NCBI GenBank assembly: GCA_002633005.1
Contig: NMRA01000444.1
Location: 99,456-163,455, forward strand
Origin: Phoronis australis
Lineage: Eukaryota; Animalia; Phoronida
Length of the DNA stretch: 64,000 nucleotides
Direction: 5' to 3'
Shown here: positions 11,601-23,600 of the stretch, one piece after another
Numbering within the stretch: position 1 is the stretch's first letter
How the letters are laid out: every line of letters starts with the position of its first letter
Notes under the pieces: generated by a model
The model's input: the letters and a program-made list of their open reading frames with translations, nothing else
What the model was told of the DNA's origin: nothing
Database searches by the model: none
Program-made: the position numbers and the translations under genes

Positions 11601-14600
11601 ATATAAAGGGAGCGGGTATCAATCAAAAATAACCCTTCTGACAGAAAGCTGCTTGAAGGCAGTTTTGAATAGTGTGTGCTATGTTAGTAAAATAAGAGAG
11701 TAAAGAGTTGTTTAAGTTGAACGCTTTTTTGAGTGGCAAAACAAACATATACAAAGACTGCATGATTATATAAGCATGTTAGATTACCGTCATTCAGGTA
11801 CTTCCAAGGATCTCTCTCACACAAAAGTTCATACAAGACTAAATGACTCACTGCATCATTTGCAGGTAACCCTCTGGCTTAACCGTCAGGTAGATCAGTT
11901 CATTTTGTTATTACTTACTTCAAAATATGGGAATCTGAGAGAGACGTAGTACGGTTGGTTCACTGTGATCTTCCAGAGACAGTTTACACCGTTTTGGTAA
12001 TTGGTACCTGCAAGAGATGGTAATTTGTATCTAGTCGAATTCGTTACATTGTCAATCGTGACCTGACGCTACATGGGTTGCAAGTGAAGATTAATACATT
12101 TCCTGGGGACATATTAGGAAGTTATAAACTACTAAGAAGAAAGCTATTATTCTCCATACTGACTACACATGTTTTGGCCGCTTCTATGGTAACGCGATTT
12201 GAATTCATTTCGAAACTTTTCTTCTTCTCTTTGAAGTAATGTAGAACTCATGCAGAGCTCATTATGATTGGATACAGGGAACGCCTTGTTCACAAGCTAT
12301 CACTTTTACCACTGAGCCACCAGCATGTCACCTAATTTAGGATTCTAAGCCTTTTTACGTCACCCGGATTCTGACGTCACATCCTTTTTTAAATCATAAC
12401 CGTAAAATCCAAAGCACCCGGTGAATGCAAACTTGTAACAAAGCCTCGTAGTACCAACCATCACACTATTGTACAAAAGGCTACTAGTCCAGTCTTCCGC
12501 AACTTTTGCTCGTCATTTGGGAGGGCTTTAGTAGCGCACGCTCTGTGAACCGCTTGCAATAGCAGATTGGCTGATATAACTGTTCATCGATTGTTTTGCG
12601 TTAAAATCGACCGTTGCAAGACCACAAAATATGACATGTTTCCCAAGATATATTTCGACCATCTCCCGGAATTTTTTTTTCAAATCTTTCCACAACATTT
12701 TGGGTAAAAATTGCTAGGTTAGCAGATTGACCGAACAAGAAATCGTCATGATAAAAGAACAATTATTTACTTTCACCGAGGTCATTTTTTATTTTCAGAC
12801 CCCAAAAATGTAATAACAACTGAGGCGGTCAAATATTTTAATGTTCTTCATTTCTTTAGTACGCACGTGCGAATTTGCGAATAGGACAGAACCACATAGC
12901 CGTATCATTGGTCAAATGCGGGAATTACATTCGTAAATTAATTATTTGCGGTGTAAATTATTTTTTTATGAAGCAAATGAACTTATAACGGTTTAAATTA
13001 ACAATTTATCTCGTAAATTAATCATGTACTGCGTAACTTCAACATATTTTTACGACGAACCTTATAGTCAGAAGACGTCGCATGCACTAGTCCCCCAGTT
13101 TGAAAAAGTTTCTCTGGCCACATAGGACGCCGCACAAGACTCGGAGTCTTTGCAGCTCAGAAGAGGTAAGCCGCTACAGGGTGGGTATGAATTTGAAAAA
13201 GGGGGGGTTTAATGTACGTACAAAAACGCAATCACACAATGTATCATTACCAGGGTAATTCGACTGTATGAATCCTTGCTCTTCGCCCACTTCTGTCACA
13301 TGTCCATTAACACAATTGGTAGAACCATGAGTACACATAAGGCCAGCGTCGAATACGTGACGATGTGAGCAGTCGTTTGACCCAACCCCATATGCCTTCA
13401 GGGATTAAAATAAAAAAATAATAAAATCCAAGTCTATGATACATCGAACTTTTATCCATTAATACCAAGAATTTCTGAAACTGTGCCACGAACAATTTAG
13501 CAGAAAATTAAGCACATTTTGGAGCTTTAAAACAAGCCCAGTGTGTTTTTGAATAGATAATAACAAACAAGAAACTGCAATGAGCTAGTCTAAGGTAACT
13601 GCTTGCACTAGTATGAAAGAGCGTTTTCCCCAGATGATCTGCTTTATGTACAGTATAAAGGGTACCACTAATTATTAGCGGCACGGGTAAAGGCCCACAT
13701 TCGTCACTGACATTGATGTAGGCACAACAACGATGACAAAGTGTGCTATTTATGGCCTGGTGTCCAATCTCAGTAGTCGAAAACCGAGTTCGTGTTAAGT
13801 TTGGAGTAAACTTTCAAATTTGTACTCGAATCATTTACCTTGTACGCCCCGGACAAAACTTTAAAGCAGTGGAGGGTTTTGCAGGTATCTCGTTAAAACA
13901 ACTAAAACAACATATCCTATTCATATATACGAGTAATGGTATTCGTTAACTACGTGTTCATCGTATTGCAGTAAAATTGACATTTTTCATATAGATAAGC
14001 CTATCTAAATGTACATATGCATTTAGTCATTTCAATTTGAACGACTGCGAATGTGAATGAGAGTCTGAAAGTCATTCGCCTTCGCCTTTCCTTTGCCTCT
14101 CCTTTATAATAATCTCATGTTAATTATATGCTCTATCACTTTGAGTTCCTGTGTCAACTCAACCTCAGCCATGTTCACAAATGATATGATTTCTGAGTAA
14201 ATAAATGTGTTAAAAGTACCTTGGTTGGTTAAGCTTCAAGTTTGAGTCGAGACTGAGATCGAAGATTCTGTTTAACTCTGGGGCCAATGTTGTGCACCTT
14301 ATAGGATTGGCGCGCTTTAGGTTTCTGGGATGAGGTCGGGTAAGCGAAGTGAGGTGAAAAATGCGCACGTCATGATGGTGAGCGTTGCCTCGAAAAAATT
14401 TGAAAATGTGCCCAGGCATGGACATTCGCGATACATGCTCACAATGTTTTCATAAGATTTTAAAGGGAAAGAATAACAAACTTATAAGGACCAGGGAAAC
14501 TGTTTCCCATGGTTGTTGTTCGTAGGTCCAGTTGTCAAAAACTTTACATTTCGAACATATGGTTGTAAACACCGCGAAACTTTGAGCCAACTTGGCCAGG

Positions 14601-17600
14601 CCCGCCATTTCAAACTTAAGGGACTTCGACACACAGTGCTGTAGTGGTAAAATTAGAGGTAAGTAGGCACCCAAAGCCCACCGTATCACCTTGAGCACTG
14701 GACGTAACTTACGGTGTGTAAGAGCTACGTTCAAATGCCAAAGGGTGGCTGGCTGCGCATACGTGCGCCTACGCCCCACTACAGCATTGTCGACACAGTT
14801 TTGGTCATTGTGAATAATAAATAATTGCAGGCGGTCTGGTACAAGTTGTACAAGACATGCACAGGCCGCACAATGACGTGAACCCAATGCACTGGTCACC
14901 TGGAATCATTTCTATGGTTGATTAATATATAGTTAAAACCGAACTGAGAAGCTAGAGACCTGACTCAAGGTTCTAGCAGTGTGCCCCAGTGAGACTCGAA
15001 CCCACGACCTAGAGGAAGTGGACACTTATCCCACAATGCCACACTCTCTCTTCCTGGATTGTGAGTACCTCAAATGTTAGTTTTTGGCTTTTGTATAAAA
15101 AGTTACATGGTTGAATTTTCCCTTTTATGTTTTAATTTGATGCCCATCGTATTTTGCATGAGAGAAGTAAAACATTAGGGGGCAAGCGCACAGAGGAATG
15201 TGCAAGCTCAGTTACTTTCTCAAAATAGCTAGGATTACCCGCTGTATTTCACTGGACGGCAATCATGTTATGTTGTTAGGAATGCGAAAGTTGCCGTTTT
15301 TGCAGGTCTTCAAATTAAAAAATCAGTTATTTGAAATTAAAAAATCATTTTTATAAGTTGGTCAAAGTCGCAAAGCAAAAACTGCTTTACGGTTTCTTTG
15401 AAAACTGCTTCGAACACCTTTAACGAGTGTTGAAGGCAATACAAACATAACCTACAACAAGTCGGCTATTTTAAGTTAGTTTCAACAGACATAACGGAGA
15501 TTTTATCCAACCATTGTCACAACTAACCCTAGAACAGTCCAGTATGTTATCGACGTACGTCCGGTCAGTGCTAGTAAATTGTGTCAAAACAGGTCCACGC
15601 CCCTTTCCTAGGTAGCCATTGTGAAAGTACACGGGTTTACTATACCCAAACTCTGCACATGGATTAGGTGAGCTGAAGTGACCCCAGTGATTGCGACAGA
15701 CGGTCCCAGTCAATCCTGCGTAATTGACTTCAAAGAACCCCCAATTCCATTGTCCTCCCTGAAGACGATATTCTTCATAATACTCTGAAATAAAAGTTCC
15801 AGAGTGTTGTCCTAACACGCAGCTCTTGCGTGTTGTGTATGGTCACGTGATTGTAAGTTGCACTCAACGATGTAACAGTAGTGAGAACACATGAAAGTGA
15901 AGAAACTTAGATTTCGTTATAATGAAGATGTAATGAAGGTAGAAACTTCGGACAGAAACTAAAAGCTTAAGCCACCAATCGCTCGAATGCAACAATCATT
16001 CCTTACTGACTTTCTAATTGAAAGTTTCACTCTGAACAAAATGTTTACATAAAAATACGAGAACCTTAAACGGCATATTTGTCAACCAAATGATCTCACC
16101 CTCACTGTCGAAACAGAAAACTCCCGCATCTGACGAACTGGACCGACTGCACGAGCTAGATTCAAGGTGGTTAGCAAATCCGCCATGCTTGCAGTTGCTA
16201 AGGTGAGTTTCGTTGCCATAGCAACTCAAATTTGTGAACCAAGACATTGCGTAGAAATTTTGAATTCGACCAGATTCCATGGCTTTTCCGTTTTTGTACC
16301 TGGAAAATGAATGTAGTATATCAGACTTACAGAAACATTTAGCGCCGTCTTTTAGGCCATGTTGTAATAATAACCAGTTTTGTTGTTCTTTTAGTTCAGT
16401 TATCAGTTCACTCAGGTAAACAGAGCGTTTAGGGGGCAACGAGCCCATGTTTATTGCAAAACGTTATCCAGTGAGATTTAACGTTAGTTTGAACCGTCCT
16501 CCCATGTTGAAGATTTTTCGCTACGCCTCTAAACATGATTAAAAAGATATTTGAAGGGCGATACAATAAAACCTTTCACGCGAGTCTGGGCTTCTCGGAG
16601 TCATTACGCTTAGTCTCTTGCTTGACAACTCAATATCAAACGTTTTGAGGTATAACTTGGTTTCAATGACACCCAGATTATTGTGATTGGTATGGTGCTC
16701 TCAACTTTATATAAACAATACAAAGGAGCAAAACATTCGTGAAGTGTTCGACTGGTCTAAGTCTTGATATACAGGTAAGACCAGGTAAAAATAAATATAA
16801 AAGCTTTTAAAACCCACGTACCCCGCTTGCTTGCACGCTACGCGTGCGTCTTTGTCATCAAAGTTTTCATTGCAGACTGTTCCCCATACGTTAGCGTGCT
16901 TCACCTCCAAACGTCCGAACGCGTATCCTGTCACTGGGCTACTGTATGTACTGACAATACGCATCTCTAACTGGTCTAAATTGGGATAATTGATTAGTAA
17001 ACGGAAACGTTAACGAGTAAACAAAAACATATGTGAACATAAATAAATATTAGTTATTTTAAGAAAACACAGCATTTTCGGGTACACACAACTGCTATTT
17101 TTAACCGTGTGCAAATCCAGTTTTGAAAAAAGAACTCTTCAAGTTAAAACAACAACATATTTACACGTTTATGGTATTAGAGGAAACGCAAATATTTGTT
17201 TCAGTCTGAAATTTCTAGGTCAGAAATCAAATAGCTTCTCCGAAGATATTCTACCGTATTTCTGAGCAATCCGAAGATATTCTACCGTATTTCTGAGCAA
17301 TGAGTGAGAATAGATAGACCACTGTGTTATTCACTGAGAAAAGAAAACGGAAAAAGAATGAAGTGAAATTTAAAGCTTTTCAGAGTAAAAGGTAAATATG
17401 CTATCCTTACAGAAATAATACAAGATGTGTAAGTAATGGCGACGTACCTACTTTGTCGTGAGCCTGCAAGAAAAAAATACAGGGGAAATTTCATTTGAAG
17501 ATTTTTAAATTGGGACAATTCCTCTTAAAAGAGACCTTGTCTCAGTTTCATTGAATTATTAGTAGGCTACAGCACAGTGTAGGTTCTCACGTTGTATTTT

Positions 17601-20600
17601 GCATGCGTGTAATCACGAGGAAAGTGCAACACTATATGTGTGCGCGTGCGTGTGAGTGTGTGTGTGTGTGTGCGTGCATGCGTGTGTGAAACACAGTCAG
17701 ACCTTGCGTATCTATTAATTATAATTCCAAGCTAACTCGTCAACATGAGTTGCATGATTCCAACAATAGAAAGAAATTTAAATAAAACTTATACTCACAG
17801 CTGGGGCAGGATACTGACAAACGGAAGTGTAAGACCTCGTACACGCGTCGACAAACCAACTATGATTTCTTTGGGGATCGATTGAAACACACTGGTCAGC
17901 GACTATGTTGAGCTGTTCGGGTTGAAAATCGTCATAATTCGTTTGCTTCCCATCTACTGTTACCCAGCTGCTGGAACTGTTCTTCAACCCTATCCAGTAG
18001 TGCCGTTGACTAAACAGAACTGTCTTGTTATTAGGATCACATAGTTATGACAGTGAAATCTTGCACGTGCGATATATCGGCAAATCACTTGTGGCGTACA
18101 CGGGCTATCCGTCGATACTTTGATGCACTCAATTACAAGACCCTGAGAAGACCAAGAATGGAAGTCAGGCCGATTGAAAATATAGGCACCTTACCGCCTA
18201 TCTCGTACTTTAGTTTTCCAGTTCTACTGTTATGAAGTATTTACGTAAGTACACAGATCGCTCAGCCTCTGATTCGCTTTGTATAGAAATCGTGTATATT
18301 TTCATATTCTTAGCAATTGTTGTCAATTATCATCATTCGCGAAAGTCATCACATACTCTAAAACTCAGAGGTACGTAATCGCCTGCCACGCAGTGCTAGA
18401 TGCTACCTGTGTTAAAGGCGAGCCTGGCTTTCCACTGTCGAAAATTTGAGTTGCCATGTCAACAAAACCTTTGGATGAAAGCCAATGGAGACTGGAGAAA
18501 CACTTACGAATGTTGAACATAAGTTTTGAGGAAGCTGTGCACGTCGGCGCTCGGGACATCCGTCAAATGACCGCCAAGAACCTCGCAGTTTATTTTTGCA
18601 TCATCCCAGGTCAAGGCTGACGTCTCGTGGTAGTAGCACGTACCTTCAAAATTGGTCCATTTGTAACTTGGGCAGGCTGAAAGCAAAACTTAGCCTCAGA
18701 AAAAACGTCCAAATTTTTTGACAAGCATTCTAAGAGCTTATCAAATTGTTTGGTTTTCAGACAAATTGAAAAACAGTCCCAAGAACGAGACCAATTTTAT
18801 AATTTTAATGGCATTCTTATCCAAATCTAATTTAAGTTTTACAGAATATATAAACTTTGTAAGATATCAAAATGTTTTTAACGCTAACCCGCCAGTGTTG
18901 CCAGGTATAGAAAACCTTGGCCTTTTGCCAAAAGCATTTTATGTAATGAGAAACATTTTTCCTATTAACACAAGAATTTTTCGCGATATTTTTACACCAA
19001 ACCCAAATCCAGTGTAGCCGTGTATAAATCGTCAGTCTAAAGTTCTATCGATCTGCCTACGTGAATGTCCAAACCAAATGCATACCCGGAAGTTGGTTGA
19101 AGCACACCACCTCTACTCTGCCATCCCGATAAATGGACGGCCTTGTCAGCCCTTGTTCTACCATGAAGTTCATATTGTTGGACTCGTTAAACCGGCTTTC
19201 GTAACCGCACTCCTGAGAATACAAAGATGTAAATTTACCAGCCTAAATCTCTTCTTTCTCGTTTTTCCCATTTAATTTAAAGCCATCGACAGCGACAAGG
19301 TCAAGGTCAAGGTCGAATAGTCGCCATGTTAAACTCAAACCAAAAGAAGTTAAGTTTGCAGCATACAAACTATCGTACACCCTATCAAACGTCACTAACT
19401 TGCCTTTAAATAGACATTGAACGCGAAAACTTGCAAACTATTTTTTAAACAGGTCATGGCAAATATGCTGCTTGGGGATGCTCACGTGAGAGTTATTCAC
19501 TTTGAATATTGCAAGAATTTCTGGGACAAAATCGTCAAATTTATTATTTTTGAAAAACAAACGAAGTAAAAACTCTTTCATCCCAATACATTTTTCAAAT
19601 TCTCCTCCCTAATAATAAATATGCGCGCATGCGCTCAAAAAACGCGAATTGGCTGAGGATTGAAATCGCCATGAAAAGTCATAGGTCACATTTTCCATAC
19701 AAGGGAAATGTGCAACGTCTTGTCATGAGACGTGCCTTGCCGTGTGGGAGAAAAATCGACAAAGTAGCTAGCAGTTGACAGATTGTTTTTCAGAAACTTG
19801 AAATGCTTTGACATAAGCAGAAAATAAAAATCTTTAAGAACAAACCGTAAAAATATCTTTTGAACAATTTGACTTCCGCTCCAGTGGCAGAGAACGGCAA
19901 TTTAGCATGTTTTTCACGTTGTATGCGCCTTTCAAAAGACAGTATTGATTTTGCGGCCGAAAAACGCATTTTGGATTATAGTTGGATGGGATAGACTGTC
20001 ATCATCTTTAAACAGAGGTACAAAACAATCAAATCCGTTGTTTTGGGGATTTTATTACAAACCATAAATTCTCGCCGTTATCGGCCAGGCATTCACTGAA
20101 ACGGCGTCTTTACCATTTAAATATGCTTGAAATACTCCGCTAGAATCAACTAAACTAATTAAAGAACGGAATGGAATTGTTTCTAGTTGATAATTTGGTG
20201 TACATTACATGAGTTTTCATCCCAAAGTGAAAGAATCCGAGTGGTTTACAGTGCTTATCCGCATCCTCCTCCTCGCATCCTCGTTTAGCCAAGTGTTGTG
20301 TTACGTTCCTATTCTTTGTTGTAGTCAAATAAAGTACTAAATAAAACAGGTAAAAAGTATACGTAAAACTAGAGTGAATAGTTTAAACTGATTTTTAGAG
20401 GCGGCTCAAGTTTCATTCCCTTTTACGACCTTGTGCTAATATTAGTATCAAGTGTTCGTGTATCAAAGTTAACTTTACCATCCCATTTTACCAATAGAAG
20501 GACTTGCAGGGTCACCAAACCGCCATTATCTGGAAACGGTTCAATAGACCCCTTGTGGGTTTGCAAACTTAGTAGAAAAGTAGGACAAAATCGTCATGGT

Positions 20601-23600
20601 GCTGCATAACCTCCTGAGGGCTAAGTTACGTAGGCGCAATTGACGAAGAATCTCGCGAAGGTAGCTAGCGTGATCATATGCTTCCTTTGTAACATATGGC
20701 GATATCTCGCTAAGTCTCACTACTAAGGACTGCTCGCCTGGTCTGTTGCCATACGCGGCGTGAAAAAGCTGCAGAAGTTACGTCCTGCAAACCGCATGTG
20801 AATTCCTTGTGCAGTAAAAGTTTATTACCATGAAACCAAAGAAAAAACACATTACGTCTCGTTTCGTAAAAAGATCTCATGTGGACGGGTTGACTAACCC
20901 CGTCAAACGTAATGATCGGCCTCATAATGTTACTTGCCATCATAGGATTTTATTTCCGTTACCAACGCCAGTCACAGACAATGAGTACATGCTACACTTT
21001 CGAATTCTCAATTTTAGGGTTGACCAATCCCAGTAAATTTTGATTGAGTAGCTGATGGTTTCGATGTTCTTAAAAGTAAATACTCCTGTTGCCTATTGTA
21101 TATCAACATGCGGTCACCTCTGCGATTTTATTTATATCCATCTATTCCGCAGTCTGTATCATACCCTTGACAAAGAGCGCATCGTTCGAAACGCGGCAAA
21201 TATTTTAATATATTTTAGTACCTTCGTTTTATTTTTACCATTTTAAACATTTCATGAAGAGGCCGTTTTATTTTAAAGCTTCAATCACAACTCCTGTCAG
21301 ATTTAGGCAGGTTCTTGTAGTATTGTAGTAAATTATTTTCTTTCTATCCATTTAGATCACATTTTCATACCTGTTAATGACTTTCTACTAAAGTTTCAAA
21401 AGCTTTCAATCTCAATTTAAAATGGGGCTTTGTCCAACTAGGCTACTTTAATGGTTGAAAAAGCACAATTTTGTCGATACTTGACGAGTTGAGGTCGTTT
21501 ATTAAGGTTCTAGAAAACCTTAAAGTCTAGCAGCAAGTATCGTACAACTATATTCGGCTTTATGAGACCCATAAGGAGGCACTTAACAGTTTTTCGCCAC
21601 TTTTGCCTCCCAAGGCAGGATGAAGTGAGGAAAGCGTTTATTTCTTTTCTACAACAAAACCACAAAATATGAATCACATACAGGTACTGACCATACTTAA
21701 AGCTTGTCTACATTCCGAAAGTGCGCTTTTTTGCTTATATGTTCACAGCAAACCTAGCTGGTTATGCCAAAACACGAGTAAAAATTCACAGAAATGGCAG
21801 TTTTCAAACCAAAATCACGACTCGTATGCGATTACTAGACACCAGCAGACAACGCACTTAGAATGAATTTAAAAAAAAAACACCAAAACTTGGGAAGACA
21901 ATGGGTGTTGACCAGACCGTTTTTTGCTAATTATAAAAGTGTGATGGGTAAAGTTACATGTGCCATCTCCTGATTATCAAAGTCCATATTGTAATGGGTA
22001 CAGTTACCGATAAGACCAGGAAGAGATCGATTCCTGATTTCCTGATCACCCCGCCCTGCATGACAAACATTGCATATGTGTGCTGAAGGGTTAGTGTGGA
22101 ATTTACTTCCATCACGGAAGAACGTCAAATTATCGCCTGCGGGGTCGAAAGTCCTACAAATGCAACGAGATTAATCTTTTGCGCAGGGACCGGCACTCAC
22201 CAGTGGATTACTGACAGATATTGTACTAGAGATATGACCAACTACATGATGAACAATTGCGACAAGTACTGTTCTGGAAAGGCCAGCCTAAGAGCATATA
22301 ATGGAACTCAAATAACAATAGAACCGTTCTGGATGTACACACTACCGTTCCAACTTCCCATATTGTCAATGGCAATTGTGGGTAATATATTGGTATGCCT
22401 TGTGGTGTATCGACGGTGGCGATCAAAGAAATTGAAGACGCCATCGCGTGTGGGCACCGGCGCTCATAACAACATGTTTTTGCTGATCTTCAACATGGCG
22501 TGCGCAGATCTCGGTGTTGCCGTATTTTCTACGCCGATCTCGATCCTGTTGTCAATTGATCCGACCTACGAGCTTAGTATGCCAGCCTGTATGCTGCAGA
22601 TCGTGACACTGAGGTGGTTTCTCTGCGCTTCGGTTTTTACAATGCTTTGCTTGAGCTTGGATCGTTATTTTGTTATATGCACGCTGGGAAAAAAACACAT
22701 ACCCATAAAAGTGTCTTTGTTTTGTATTTGGACTTTGTCGGCGTCTGCGTTTGTTACCGTATTATTTCGAACAGACAGTTACAAAATTAAGCCTACAATG
22801 ACACTTTGCGTTATTGAGTTCGAGGACACGGACGACTTGTTCATCGCTGATGTTTCGATAGTATGCACTTATGTATTTTGTGGAATCGTCATATTAGTTG
22901 TACTTTATGCTAAAATTTTCAAATTTATAAATTCGAGTTTGAAGAACGCCAGTGTGAGCGGCCTGACAACGTCACGACGCAGATATCATGTGCAGAAAAG
23001 AATTTTAGTTATGCTACTTTCAATTGTTTTCCTGTTTATTGTATGCTGGGTTCCTATGGTAGTGTACATGATTAGCGTATTGAGAAGTGATGTTGAAATA
23101 GCAGACTACTCAACCGGTGTAAGCATTTTTGTAACCTGGATGACGTACCTTCAAAATGCATTAAACCCTCTTGTGTACACTGCCGGAAGTACCCAGATGC
23201 GAAAGGAATTTGTGGCGCTCTTCAAATGCCGACCGGTTGCCGACAAAAACTGGTCGGAGGAGGATGGAACGCGCTCACAGACTTCTGGCCCTTGACTCAA
23301 ATCAACACCCATTGAGCACACTCGCGAATATTTTGGATTGGTTAACAGAATTTAATCGCATTCCGCTTTATGTTTTAGATAACATGTCACATTATTAGTT
23401 ATGTTTTAAAAACAGTTACCACGAGAGTATACGCGCATGTCTTGAGAGACGAGAGCAGACAGTCGTAAGCATACACACGCATACAACGCGGTATCGCTTG
23501 AAGCCACAGCAGCGGGAGACGCGACAATTACAAGGCCAATCAATGTATGCTCTGAACACAATGCACTCTAAGCTGCGAGCAAAGTACGCGCGGCCAATGC

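Noticed and set aside
14210-14899. 149-aa and 71-aa intronic ORFs
   Set aside because: No domain signal; they lie in an intron whose flanking exons join in frame.
14975-15050. tRNA gene
   Set aside because: Only A/B-box-like motifs, with no acceptor or anticodon stems; fits a SINE head better.
22234-23295. Opsin
   Set aside because: TM7 ([14 protein letters not shown]) has Tyr, not the retinal-binding Lys, at the K296-equivalent position.
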